From NCBI GenBank assembly GCA_963748625.1, contig CAVVJT010000003.1, positions 1-64,000 on the forward strand: a stretch of 64,000 nt of DNA, in the 5' to 3' direction. A program made the position numbers and the translations under genes. This DNA comes from an uncultured Chloroflexia bacterium (GTDB taxonomy: Bacteria; Chloroflexota; Limnocylindria; Limnocylindrales; CSP1-4). The stretch's first letter is position 1. Every line of letters starts with the position of its first letter. Shown here piece after piece: positions 11,234-22,303 of this stretch. The notes beneath the pieces are model-generated. The model searched no databases. It saw only the letters and a list, made by a program, of their open reading frames with translations, and was not told where the DNA came from.

Positions 11234-12378
11234 CCGGGGCGGAGCGCGACGCGCTCGACCGGCGCCCGGATCCAGACGAGCTGCTCGCCCGCTACCAGGC
11301 GGACAGCGCGATCGGGCGAGGCCGCCTGCGGCTGTACGTCGGCATGGCGCCTGGCGTGGGCAAGACCTACCGGATGCTGGAGGAGGGCCACCGGCGGGCG
11401 GCCCGCGGGACGGACGTGGTGGTGGGCTACGTCGAGGATCACGGCCGGCCGCTCACCGCGGCCCTCGTCGAGGGACTCGAGGTGGTCCCGCGGCTGCGCC
11501 GCGTGCACCGCGAGATGGTCGTCGAGGAGCTGGATCCCGATGCCGTCATCGCCCGACGTCCCACCGTCGCGCTCGTCGACGAGCTGGCCCACACGAACGT
11601 GCCGGGCTCGGCGCGCGCGAAACGCTGGGAGGACGTGGAGGCGATCCGGGACGCCGGGATCCATGTCGTCTCGACCATGAACGTCCAGCATCTCGACTCG
11701 TTCGCGGACGCCGTCGCCACGATCACCGGAGCCCCGGTGAACGAGCGGCTGCCCGACGAGGTGCTGCAGCGAGCCGACGAGATCGAGCTTGTCGACATGA
11801 GCCCGCACGCGCTCCGCCAGCGGATGCGCCACGGCAATGTGTATCCCCCAGAGCGCACGAGCATCGCGCTCGACCGCTTCTTCACCGAGGCGAACCTCAC
11901 CGCACTGCGAGAGCTCGCCCTTCGCGTCGTCGCCCGGCGTGTCGAAGGCCAGCTCGAGGCGGTGAGCCACGGCAGCATGTCGCTCGTCACGGATCGGGTC
12001 GCCGTGTTCGTGGACGGGTCGCCTGCCAGCCGGCAGGCCGTCCGGAGGGCGGCCGCGCTCGCGGGCCGGGTGCACGCGGACATCGTCGCGATCCTGCCTC
12101 CGGCGGACGCAACCGAGCGCCTGAGCTTCGACGGCCGACGGAACCTCCGCGAGGCGGTTGACACGGCGACAGACCTCGGTGCCGTCGCGGTCAGCCTCGG
12201 ACCCGGACCGCTCGCCGACGAGCTCGTGACGACGGTGCGCGACATCTGCGCGACCCACCTGTTCCTGCCCGTAGCCCAGCAGTCCATCGTCGAGCGCCTC
12301 TCGGGGCCGTCGCTCGGCGAGCGCCTGGTGCGAGTCCTAGGAGACGTTGACATCCACGTGGTCGGTCACCCCGATTGA
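11230..12378 (+). CDS. kdpD: Stand-alone KdpD N-terminal domain plus Usp-like domain
   Basis: [33 protein letters not shown]; no TM or kinase domain. Confidence 0.9.
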   Translation: MTGAERDALDRRPDPDELLARYQADSAIGRGRLRLYVGMAPGVGKTYRMLEEGHRRAARGTDVVVGYVEDHGRPLTAALVEGLEVVPRLRRVHREMVVEELDPDAVIARRPTVALVDELAHTNVPGSARAKRWEDVEAIRDAGIHVVSTMNVQHLDSFADAVATITGAPVNERLPDEVLQRADEIELVDMSPHALRQRMRHGNVYPPERTSIALDRFFTEANLTALRELALRVVARRVEGQLEAVSHGSMSLVTDRVAVFVDGSPASRQAVRRAAALAGRVHADIVAILPPADATERLSFDGRRNLREAVDTATDLGAVAVSLGPGPLADELVTTVRDICATHLFLPVAQQSIVERLSGPSLGERLVRVLGDVDIHVVGHPD

Positions 12379-12382
12379 TCGC

Positions 12383-15300
12383 TCAGGGGGCGCTGGCGTC
12401 CGAGAACGTCGTGCCGGCCCGGTCGACGTCTGGCGACACCGGGTCGGCGATCCCTGCCGGTACGGATGCCGCCACGGTGGGTCCGGTCGCGGTCCCGGTG
12501 CCGCACCGGTAGTAGAGACGGAAGCTGGGTCCGTCGTTGTAGCCATTCCAGGCCATGCAGCGGGTGCCCGCCGAGGGCCAGAGGACTGATGCCCAATCGT
12601 TGTACCGCCGCGCGGACGAGGCTGCGGCAGCGGCGAACGTGATCGCCGGGTACCACGTCATCCCGCCGTCTGGCGACTCTGCCCAGCGGAGGTCGGACCA
12701 GTCGCCATCCGCGATCTCCTCGCCCCAGGCCACGCCCACGCGGGCGGGGTCTTGGAGCACCACGGCCGGCGCGTACGGGCTGGGCGGCTCCCCGGCGGGC
12801 AGTGAGGCGACGGCGACGGGGTCGCGAAGGACGTTGGCGACCCGGAGCCTGAGCATCACCTGGTCGGCTGTGGTCCACGTCACCGCCACGCGGTTGCCCC
12901 TGACGGCGATACCCACGGAGCCGTTCGCCCCGCTCCCGACCGTGACGGTCGTTCCCCAGTGGGCCCCGCGGTCGGTGGAGACACGGGACTTCACGGTGCC
13001 GGACTTGTCGGCGATCCAGGCCACGGCAACGGTGGAGCCGGCGAGGGCGACAGCAGGCACCCCCGTCCGACCCGAGCTGTTGGCCAGGGTCGTCGAGCCG
13101 ACTGAGGCAGTCCTCCAGGTCGCACCCCGGTCGCGACTCGTGGCCACCTTCACGCCGCCACCGACGGAGTCCGTCCATGCGACATGGACGTCGTAGCCGG
13201 CAGCGGCGATGGTCGGATAGTCCACCCTGCCGTTCTTCGAGGTCAGGCGTACGGCGCTCTTCCAGTAGGAGGAACCGCCGTGCTTCGTGTTGACGCGGAC
13301 GTAGAGGACGCGCGGGGCGGTACCGGAGTACTTCACGATCCTCGTCTGGCTGACCCACGTGGCGTAGATACGCGAGCCAGAGGTGGCGAGCCCGAGCCGC
13401 AGGGCATGCTGCCTCGACGGGTTCAAGCGTTTGGCCGCCGACCAGGTCGACCCGGACGACGAGTTGACGTAGTAGACGCCCGCGTACGGCCCGCCGTCCT
13501 TGGCCCACGACGACCCGATGCGCGCCGTCGCGTAGGCCAGGTGCAGGCGCTGCTTCCCCGAGATCAGCGTGCGGCCGAGCGCATTGCCGTAGTTCCAGGT
13601 GTATGCAGGACCTGCCTTGTACGTCGTCCCAAGCGTGATCCCGTACGGCGGTAGCGCGCCGATCCCGGTGAGGGCGATGGGGCGATCACCGACCGGCGTC
13701 GGCCCCGAGATCGTGAGCGTCGCGACCCGGGAGCCGGCGCCGGTCGGCGTGAACCCGACCGTCACGGTGCACGACCCCGACGGAGCGACCGGTGAGGCGG
13801 TGCACGTCTGCGTCGTCACGGGGAAGTCAGCGGCCGCAGCGCCTGATACCGCGACACCCGTGATGGTGACGGCGGCACCTCCGCTGTTGGTGACCGTGAT
13901 CTGTTTCGGCGCGTGGGCCGACCAGAGCGGCATGGTGCCGTAGTCCAGGGACGCCGGACTGACGTCAACTGGGTCCAGGCCGGTTCCGGTGAGCGCCACG
14001 ACCCGCGTGCCGACGGGCGACGGGCCGCCGATGGTGAGCGACCCCGCACGACCGCCGAGGCCCCTCGGCACGAACGCGAGGTTGATCGTGCAGGACGTCG
14101 AGGGCAGGACGGCCGCAGCCGTGCAGGACTCGGATGTGACCGCGAAGTCGGCCGCATTCGTGCCCCCGATGGCCACCGACGACACGGTGATCGGGTCCGG
14201 GCCGATGTTGGCAACGGTGACGGAGCGGGGGGGCGCCGGCAGGGCCAGCTTCGACGCGTCGAAGGCAAGCGGGGCTGGCGTAACGGACACCGGGTCGAGA
14301 CCTGAGCCGGTCACGAGGCGGGAGCGGGTCCCGACCGAGCCAGGGCCAGCGAGATGGAGTGCCGCGGTCCGCGCTCCGATTGCGGACGGCCGGAAGCCGA
14401 GCGTCACCGTGCAGGTGCCGCCCACCGGGATCGCGGCCGAGGTGCATGTCTCGCCCGGGATGGAGAAGTCGCCGGCGTCGGCGCCGTCGAGGGTGACCCC
14501 GGTCACCGACACCGGTGCGGTCCCACGGTTGGACAGCGTCACGACCTCGGGGGTGTCCGCCACACCACGCCCGATCCCACCGAAGTCCACCATCGCCGGC
14601 GTGATCAGGAGGTCGCCGACGTAGCGCGCGACGGTGGCGCGCCCGACGCCGAGCAACCAGAAGTTGCCGCTGCCGACCGTCACCACCGTCGAATCCGGGG
14701 CGACAGCCGCAGCCCATCCGTTTGCGTGAGCGTCGGGCACGTCGATCGACGTCAGGCCGCCAGTGCCGAATGAGGCGTCGAGGACGCCCGTGGTCGAGTA
14801 CCGGGCCAGCATCATGTCCTTGGCGTTGTCATCGGCCTGGCCCGTGGCGTAGATCCACGAGCCCGCCAGCCTGATGTCGAGCAGCACGTCAGATCCAGCC
14901 GTCGGGTTGACCTCCACGATGCCGGAGGTGCCGAACCCGGCTTGCGGGCTGCCGTTGGCCGCAAATGCCTCCAGGAGCCAGACCTCGTCGGACGCCCAGC
15001 GACGACCGCCGGCCACGATCCGGCCGTCGGGATAGGCCGCGACCGCCTGGAACTCGGAGGACCCCGTCACGCTGGCGAGCGCTTCACCGTCGCCGTCGAA
15101 CGAGGTGTCCAAGGCTCCGTCCGGCGTCAGACGCACAACTGAAGCGGCGTAATGGTCGGGGTTGACGCTGAAGCCCGCGAGCAGGATCCGGTCGGTGCTA
15201 TCGACCGTCATCGCCAGGGGCGTGCGGGATGTCGAAGTGTCGACGATCTCGACCAGGCCATTGACCCCGAACGTCGGGTCAGGCTGGCCGTTCGGCGTCA

Positions 15301-15868
15301 GTCCCAGCACGCCGAGACCTTCCGGTGCCGTGAACCAGCGCAGGGCAACCACGATCCTGCCATCGGACTGCACTCCGATGCCCGCGGGGCTGCCAAGGCT
15401 TGGGCCGAGAGCGAACCGGCCGCTGGTGCCGAACGAGATGTCTGGTGCGCCGTCGGGCAGGAACCGGTACACGACCACGCCGGAAGGCGAGTACCTCGTC
15501 GTGAGCAGGATCTTGCCGTCGGGCTGGATCGCGATGTCCGGCCGCCAATCGGCGTCGACGTTCACAAAGCCGGCGGTCCCGAACGATGCGTCGACCGTGC
15601 CGGACGGGTTCAGGCGCGCAAGGAAGACCCCATATGTGCCACCGGCAACGAGGATCCTGCCGTCGGCGGTCACCTCGACATCGTAGGCCTCCTGCCAGCC
15701 GTCCAGGTCGAGTGTCGTCCAGCCGTCAGTGCCGAAGCCCGTGTCGGGCTCCCCAGCGGCGCTCGCAGCAGCCGCGCCGAGGACCATGGCAAATGCAAGG
15801 CAGATGAGGACGCCGGGGAGCCGGGGGATGCGATGGGTTGGCCAGGGATGGGATCGCTCGGCACACAT
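12383..15868 (-). CDS. Large secreted protein: delta-60-type propeller repeats, three choice-of-anchor-D/ASH Ig-like domains, C-terminal Asp-box (BNR) domain
   Basis: Signal-like segment; repeated RxxxDGxxDxSFGxxG and QPDGKI; 3 copies of VTxxN...GxxAxDF...C...CT..F.P; SRDRGATW, STDRGAHW, SPDGGMTW. Confidence 0.8.
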   Translation of the reverse strand: MCAERSHPWPTHRIPRLPGVLICLAFAMVLGAAAASAAGEPDTGFGTDGWTTLDLDGWQEAYDVEVTADGRILVAGGTYGVFLARLNPSGTVDASFGTAGFVNVDADWRPDIAIQPDGKILLTTRYSPSGVVVYRFLPDGAPDISFGTSGRFALGPSLGSPAGIGVQSDGRIVVALRWFTAPEGLGVLGLTPNGQPDPTFGVNGLVEIVDTSTSRTPLAMTVDSTDRILLAGFSVNPDHYAASVVRLTPDGALDTSFDGDGEALASVTGSSEFQAVAAYPDGRIVAGGRRWASDEVWLLEAFAANGSPQAGFGTSGIVEVNPTAGSDVLLDIRLAGSWIYATGQADDNAKDMMLARYSTTGVLDASFGTGGLTSIDVPDAHANGWAAAVAPDSTVVTVGSGNFWLLGVGRATVARYVGDLLITPAMVDFGGIGRGVADTPEVVTLSNRGTAPVSVTGVTLDGADAGDFSIPGETCTSAAIPVGGTCTVTLGFRPSAIGARTAALHLAGPGSVGTRSRLVTGSGLDPVSVTPAPLAFDASKLALPAPPRSVTVANIGPDPITVSSVAIGGTNAADFAVTSESCTAAAVLPSTSCTINLAFVPRGLGGRAGSLTIGGPSPVGTRVVALTGTGLDPVDVSPASLDYGTMPLWSAHAPKQITVTNSGGAAVTITGVAVSGAAAADFPVTTQTCTASPVAPSGSCTVTVGFTPTGAGSRVATLTISGPTPVGDRPIALTGIGALPPYGITLGTTYKAGPAYTWNYGNALGRTLISGKQRLHLAYATARIGSSWAKDGGPYAGVYYVNSSSGSTWSAAKRLNPSRQHALRLGLATSGSRIYATWVSQTRIVKYSGTAPRVLYVRVNTKHGGSSYWKSAVRLTSKNGRVDYPTIAAAGYDVHVAWTDSVGGGVKVATSRDRGATWRTASVGSTTLANSSGRTGVPAVALAGSTVAVAWIADKSGTVKSRVSTDRGAHWGTTVTVGSGANGSVGIAVRGNRVAVTWTTADQVMLRLRVANVLRDPVAVASLPAGEPPSPYAPAVVLQDPARVGVAWGEEIADGDWSDLRWAESPDGGMTWYPAITFAAAAASSARRYNDWASVLWPSAGTRCMAWNGYNDGPSFRLYYRCGTGTATGPTVAASVPAGIADPVSPDVDRAGTTFSDASAP

Positions 15869-16333
15869 GTCCACGATGCACCTCGGCGACGTATACGGCG
15901 CGCACACAACCCGAGCCCTTGAGGCGACCGCGGGTCCAGGCCACGCCGACGGTCTGCAACTGCCCCACCGAACGCTAGGCACTCGTCGGCTGGAGGGGCA
16001 GGGTCGTTCGGCCTGTCCGTGTGCCACGCGCAGGTTCGAGGCGGCTGCCCCGCCGAGGACGATCACCTCGTGCGGCGTGCTACCCGGTTGATGGAGCGGC
16101 ATCCCCCCACGGGCAACCGAGGGCCGACCTGCTGAGGCCTTACGTCGCACCAGGTCCCCTGCGAGGACCTTCCGGTCCGGCGGCCGGCGCCGCGCCCGAT
16201 CCTCGCGTCGGGTCGTCATCGGCTGCAGAGCATCATCGGCCCGGGTGTCACAGACCAGAGGCAGACGGCACGTCGCGGTGCAACCGAGGCGGCGCGTCGG
16301 CGGCCGCGGCTGACTCGACGGGTCACCCGTTGC

Positions 16334-16789
16334 TCAGGCGGCGGTCTGCTCGATCCTGAAGGCTGGGTGGTCGGCCGGGTCCGGGATCAGCTCCATCGAG
16401 CGCCGGCAGTTGCAGGTGATCGTGCTCGCGTACCTCGCGACCACAGCATCATGCTCCGGGCCGGTGAGCTCGACAACCCGGATGTGCTCGACGCCGTGGC
16501 CAATGCGGAGGTCCGCCTCGCCTGCAGCCCGCAGGTTCCGAGCCCAGTGCGTCTCGCCTCTCGGCGACACCAGGTAGCGGTTGCCCTCCCACTCGAACGG
16601 GGGGTCCATCGGCACCTGGATCGGCTTGCCGGTCCTGCGCCCCCGCACCACCAGGACCGTGCGCCCTCCGAGGGCGACGGCGATGGGATTGAGGACCCTG
16701 CTCAGCAGGGCGCTCGGCCGGACGTATGGTCGGCGCCGGCCTGTTGCGGCGTCGCGCTCGCCGGTCTCGAGGTGTCCGTAGATGGCCAT
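16334..16789 (-). CDS. Deazaflavin (F420)-dependent nitroreductase-family oxidoreductase
   Basis: VRGRRTG, SPRGETHWARNLRAAG, HPAFRI; GGAGG RBS. Confidence 0.8.
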   Translation of the reverse strand: MAIYGHLETGERDAATGRRRPYVRPSALLSRVLNPIAVALGGRTVLVVRGRRTGKPIQVPMDPPFEWEGNRYLVSPRGETHWARNLRAAGEADLRIGHGVEHIRVVELTGPEHDAVVARYASTITCNCRRSMELIPDPADHPAFRIEQTAA

Positions 16790-16843
16790 GCTCGGCCTCC
16801 TTCCACGCCCCTGGCATGGCGCCCGCACAGCTGCGCACGGGTG

Positions 16844-17626
16844 TCAGTCCAGCCGACCGTATGCCGACAGCGCGTCGGGTTCGAGTGCCAGAGGTCGGTA
16901 CCGGACGTCGCTCCATGCAGCGAAGTGGTCGACCACGCTGCAGGTCGGCGTGTCGCCCACGGAGATCTCCAGCCCGGTGACGCCCGTCGCGAGCTCGGCA
17001 GCTCGCCGGGCCACGGCCATCCGTTCCACGGTCTGGCGGTAGACCGCCAGCAGTGCCTCGATGCCGGTCGCGTGGTACGAGTGCCCTGCATGCGTGAGCA
17101 CGCCGGCAAGCCGGTGGCCGGACACGGCGGCCACCTCGAGCGCGATCGCGCCCACGGCCTCGTCGTCCCAGGGGATCCCCGTGCGGTGGTAGCCGGTGTC
17201 GATGTCCAGCCAGGCGCTGACAGGATGGTCGATGGCGGCCAGGGCACGGGTTGCCTCGACCGAATCGACGAGCAGGCCGAGTGACACCTCGCCGGCCAGG
17301 CGCCGGAGCTCCGGGATGGCGCGCAGGTTGACCGGGAAGGCGATGGTGATGTCGCGCCAGCCGGCGTCGGCGAACACCCGAGCCCATTCGACCGACGAGA
17401 CCGTGATCGCGGTGATCCCGAGTGGCCGGAGAAGGTCCGCGACCCGGGGCGAGTTGTGCGTTTTGACGTGGGGCCGCAGCCGGACGCCGCCCAGCGCCGC
17501 CTTGTCGGCCATGCGGCGGACATTGCGCTCCACCTTCCGCGGGTAGACCACCACGGTCGGCCGGTCGATGTGGGCGAACCGGCCTGGGTCGGCCACCAGG
17601 TGGTCGGGGAGATCGGAGGTGGACAT
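16844..17626 (-). pseudogene. Alanine-racemase-fold PLP enzyme (D-threonine aldolase/D-serine dehydratase-like), C-terminally truncated
   Basis: LRPHVKTH, DTGYHRTG, THAGHSY and SVGDTP are present; the expected ExRPG motif and C-terminal beta domain are absent. Confidence 0.7.
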
Positions 17627-17700
17627 CCCGAGCATGCTGGCAACGGCGCCGGCTTACCCGGGGCGGCGGGCGCGCTCCGACGGGACGTGTGCGTCCTTGC

Positions 17701-20700
17701 CTAGGGCGCGGTACCGGGTGCCGCGTCGGGCGGCGTATCGGCCTCGACGACAAGGTGGAGCCGGTGGGCGATGGCGGCGGCCTCGGTCCGGTGCGACGCG
17801 CCAAGCTTGCCCAGGATGCTCGAGACGTGGATCGCGGCCGTCCCCTCGCTGATGAACAGCGCCGCGCCGATCTCGCGGTTCGTCCGGCCAGCCGCAACCA
17901 GGGACATGACCTGCTGCTCGCGCGGCGTCAAGCCGAAGGGAGTTGCAGGTCGGCGGCGGCGTCCTCGGCGGGTGGTGGCAGCGGGCTGGTCGTCGGAGAC
18001 GGAACCACCCGGATCGATCACGACCGCAGCCCGATCCGCCAATGCCGTGATCGCCTCGACGAGTGGGAGTGCGCCCACGCCGGCGGCGGCTCCAAGGGCG
18101 CGTCGAAGGACCGGCGTGACCGCAACCCTGTCTCGGGTCGTATCGAGGACGGCTTCCGCCTGCCGGTATGCCGCGTACATCGCCAGGTGCAGCTGCTCGG
18201 CCTCCACGCAGGCGTCGTGCGCCGCCTCCCAGGCAGCCGGGTCTGGGTCGCCCTCGAGCCGCGTCCACTCGGCCGCGCACAAGGCGGCCAGTGCCGCAGG
18301 ACGGCGCGGCCGCCCGGACCCGTTCCGGGCAACCATCGCCTCGACGTCTCGGGCGCGGCGCAGGATGCCGGCGCCGCGGTCCCGTGCTGCTGCCAGCTCG
18401 ACGGGTTCATGTCGCGTTCTCGCGTCCCGTGCTCGATCCGCTTCCGCTCGCAGGGCGATCGCCAGGGTGTCGCCCTGGATGGACACGCTCCGGATCGGCA
18501 GGAGATCGAACTCGTCCAGCGCGACCTCGATGGCCCGGCCCGCCTCCACGGGGCGTCCGCGCTCCAGCCACAGCTGGGCTTCGAGCTCGGAGGCGATGAC
18601 GCGCCAGGTGGCATCGTGGTGCCTGGTGGCCGCCGCACCCTCCTCCTCGAGGATCCGGGCGACGTCCTGCACCCGCCCGCGCCCCATGGCGAGGCGTCCG
18701 CTGATCAGGCGCATCGACATCCTCGCAGCACCCTCGCGGCCCGCGAGGAGCGCGCGTTCGAGCACGCGGTCCGCCTCGTCCCACCGGCCGAGGTGGAACA
18801 GCGCCGTGGCCGTGATCCCAAGGGTCCCCACGCCGGCGTCGAACCCGAGCCCGGCGCGATCATCCCACTCGACGGCCGCCAGGGACTCGCGGACGCACGC
18901 CTCGCCCTCGAGAAGCCAGGCGAGGTTGTTCCATGCCCGGGCAACCGCATCGTCGTTCCCTGCCAGCAGCGCGATCTCGCGTCCGCGGCGAAGGGTGTCC
19001 AGCGCCGCGTCGAACTCGCCAAGCGTTCCCTGCACGGCGCCGAGCGTTGCCAGCGCGTCGGCCTCGATGCCCGGCACCCCGGCGCGACGCGCGACGCGGA
19101 TCGCCTCGCGAGCCCTCGTCGCTGCCTCGTGCCAGGCTACCGGCATACATGAGCCCCCGGGCGAGGCCGGCGAGCGCGCGAGCGCGGGAGGGGGTCGCCG
19201 GCGTTGCTGGAACCAGCCGGACTGCCTCGCGGTAGGCAGCCAGCATCGTGCCATCTGCGACCCTGGCGGCCGCTGAGCCGAGCTGCTCGTGGAGGATGCC
19301 CGCCCGGACGGGGTCCTCGGCTGGATCCACCAGCCCGATCGCCGTGCGCAGGTGATCGACGGCGTCGCGGAACGCCCCCGAGTTGCGAGCGGCTGTCGAT
19401 GCCATCTCGAGGAGCGCCGGTCGATCCACTCCCGCCAGAAGCAGGGGATCGGCCACCCGGTCCCATAGGCGAAGGGCACGCTCGTAGTGGACGTGGGCAT
19501 CGGCGCTCGCATGGACGGCCAAGGCCTCACGACCCGCCTGGACCGATGCTTCGAATGCCCGAGGCAGGTCGCCCGCCAGGTACCAGTGGTGGGCCAGCGC
19601 GCGATCGCGACGCCTTCCGTGGCCTGTACCGCACCCCGAGGCGATCGCGGCGGCGACAGCCGCGTGCAGACGGGCTCGTTCTGCCGGCAGGAGGTCGTCG
19701 TAGACCGCCTCAGCGAGGAGCGCATGCCGGAACTCGAACGAGCTGGCCAGGGCCACCGCGCGGCACCAGGAGCTGGCGCGCGACCGCCTCGTGCAGCGCA
19801 GCGTCTACCGACTGCTCGTCGAGGCCGCCGGCCGGAGCGATCAGCCGTCCGTCGAACCGGGGCCCGATCACCGCGGCGACGCGGAGCAACGTCCAGGTCG
19901 GCTCGGCCACCCCGTCGATCCGCGCCAGCAGCGCCTCCCGCATGGTCACCGGAAGTGGCCCGTCACCCGCATCGAGTGCCAGGAGCTCCTCCGCGAAGTA
20001 GGGGTTCCCCCCGGACCGCGCGTGGATGCCCGCCACCAGCCGCGGATCAGGCTCGATCCCGAGGACGCCGGCGATCAGGGAGCGCAGCTCGTCGGTGCCG
20101 AGACGCCGCAGCTCGAGGAGCTCGAGGCGTCCGGTGCGGTCCAGCTCCTCGATGAGAGGCGCCAGCCGGTGGTCGGTGACCGGCTCGTCGGTCCGGTAGG
20201 TCGCGAGGAGCATCACCCGTTCGGTCGCGCAGTCTGCGGACGAGGAAGTCGAGCGCCTCCAGCGTGGCGAGGTCCGCCCAGTGGAGGTCTTCGAGCACGA
20301 GCACCAGGGGCTCGGTCACTGACAGGCGGCGGAGGCACTCGACGATGAGCTCGAGGAGGCGTCCGCGCTGCAGGTCGGGGTCCGGCGGCGGCCGACTTGT
20401 GCCCGGCAAGAGGCCCGGCAGCAGCCGGGGGAGCTCGGTGGTCGCGGATCCCAGCGCCCTTGTCACCTCGCCATCGGCAGGGGAACGGAAGAGGTGACTA
20501 AACGCGTCCGCGAATGGTGCGAACGGGAGACTTCGTCCGCCGACGGGGATGCACGCGCCGTGGAGCAGCCGGGCGCCGATGGCGGACGCCCCGGTCTCGA
20601 ACTCGGCGACCAGCCGGGTTTTGCCCACGCCGGCCTCGCCGGCCACGAGCACGACGCCCGGATGACCGGTGCGCGCCTCGGTCAGCGCTCCCCACAGCCG

Positions 20701-20754
20701 CTCGCGCTCGATCCGCCGTCCGACGAACACGGGGCTCGAGACCCGTCTGGACAC
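17701..20754 (-). CDS. AAA-ATPase/TPR/LuxR-HTH transcriptional regulator (frameshifts near 20217, 19750 and 19140)
   Basis: FVGR, GEAGVGKTRL, LEDLHWAD, SGGNPYF, FRHALL, LTPREQQV...TNREIG...HVSSILGKLG. Confidence 0.9.
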
Positions 20755-20936
20755 GCGGGCATTCTGCAGCAGTCACGACGCGGTGCCGACGGCCCGGCGA
20801 CAGGTTCACGGGGGCCGGACCGCCCGAATGCTATGGAGTTCTCCAGATGTCATGAGACGGGCAGGAGCGCACCGTGGGGGAGCCGCCGGGTCCGGGGGCG
20901 CCCCCTGGGACGGCGCAAACACCTGAGGAGGTTCTG

Positions 20937-21440
20937 ATGCGCAGGATCTGCGCCACACTCTGCGCCCTGGTGCTGCTGCTGGGCGTGTGCGTGCCGTCCG
21001 CGGCCGCGGCGACCCCGGGGAGCGCGACCCAGGTCTCCGGCGGCTGGTCGTGGGTCAACACCGGGGTCACATTCGAGCCGCAGCCCGACGGCAGCATGCT
21101 GGTCTCGGGGACCGAGGTCGGCACGTGGACGGGATCGTTCCGCGGGACGTCGAGAGACGTCTTCCAGATGACCCAGACGCCGCCTGTGGACGACCCCGAT
21201 CACTGGGGCCCCGGCTGGGGCACGCTGACTGCGACATTCGATGGGAAGGTCGGCGTCAAGACCGGGACGATGGTGCTCTACATCACCTTCTGGTGGGCCG
21301 CCGATCAGCCCGAATACGAGGGGGACTGGACGATCCTGTCGGCCACGGGCGCCCTCAAGCACGTGACCGGGCACGGCACGTGGGGCAGCACTGACGGGGG
21401 CGCGTCGTACGGGTACACGGGGACGGTCTACTGGAAGTAG
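20937..21440 (+). CDS. Secreted beta-rich protein, DUF3224-like
   Basis: GAGGAGG RBS; signal peptide ending AAA; FDGKVGVKTGT, WTILSATGAL..VTGHG. Confidence 0.65.
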   Translation: MRRICATLCALVLLLGVCVPSAAAATPGSATQVSGGWSWVNTGVTFEPQPDGSMLVSGTEVGTWTGSFRGTSRDVFQMTQTPPVDDPDHWGPGWGTLTATFDGKVGVKTGTMVLYITFWWAADQPEYEGDWTILSATGALKHVTGHGTWGSTDGGASYGYTGTVYWK

Positions 21441-21455
21441 GCCAGCGCAAGGCCT

Positions 21456-21490
21456 CCGATCTCGGCGGAAGGACCGCCGCCGGGATCGGA
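21456..21490 (+). terminator. Stem-loop after the secreted-protein gene
   Basis: TCCGATCTCGGCGG...CCGCCGCCGGGATCGGA inverted repeat. Confidence 0.45.
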
Positions 21491-21575
21491 CCCCCTCGGC
21501 CTATCCCGAGCGTCCCACTGGAGGCTTGCATGCTGCCGGCGTGCACGGCTCAAGCGGGAAGTGTGGAGGTGCCCC

Positions 21576-22268
21576 ATGAGGATCGTGCGAGACCCCAACG
21601 GTCTGTTCGTCACTGGGCTGCCAGTGGTGAGCGTGCGCAGGTGCAAGCGCCAAGGTCTCCTGGCCAGCCTCATGCTCGGCGCCGTGGTGGCAGCCTGCGG
21701 AGGTGGAGCGGTTGCGTCCCCCGTCGTCGTGGCGCCGAGCTTTGCGCCGGCAGCGACGGTTCCTGTGGCGCCGACCCCGGCACCCGAGCGCACGGCCAGC
21801 GCGGCGTTGGCGAGCACGCCCATTCCTGCCACCCCTGCACCAACGATGCCCGCGTCGCTCGTCGGCGCCTGGGAAGGGACCGTCAACGAGCCCGGGGGCG
21901 TCGTGAAGGAGTTCGCCGAGACCTACGCGATCGAGCCATGCGACGCGGACGTCGTCTGCGGCTCCTTCGAGGTGCGCGGACCCGTCGTCGAGGAGCGGCT
22001 CGACTCCTACCCGTGGGCGCGCATGGGGACAACGTGGCGCTGCTCGGGTGTGCTCCTGTTCAACAAGATGGACGGGGACGAGGCGCTGTTCATCGCCGCG
22101 TCGACTAGTGCCGACCCGCCTGAGGGCTTGAGCACCTGTGGGAAGATGCCGTTCGGCTTGAGGCCGACGGCCGACGGCGGACTCACGTTCACCAGCTACG
22201 TCTGGGGCAAGACGGTGGCGCAGCGGGGCCTGCTGCTTCCGGTTGCGGAGACGCCATCGCCCGAGTAG
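21576..22268 (+). CDS. Hypothetical lipoprotein (start uncertain)
   Basis: VVAAC lipobox, Pro/Ala/Thr linker, four further Cys. Confidence 0.6.
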   Translation: MRIVRDPNGLFVTGLPVVSVRRCKRQGLLASLMLGAVVAACGGGAVASPVVVAPSFAPAATVPVAPTPAPERTASAALASTPIPATPAPTMPASLVGAWEGTVNEPGGVVKEFAETYAIEPCDADVVCGSFEVRGPVVEERLDSYPWARMGTTWRCSGVLLFNKMDGDEALFIAASTSADPPEGLSTCGKMPFGLRPTADGGLTFTSYVWGKTVAQRGLLLPVAETPSPE

Positions 22269-22303
22269 GCAGCTTCCCGCACCGTGGTCGTCGGCAGCGA
22301 GGT

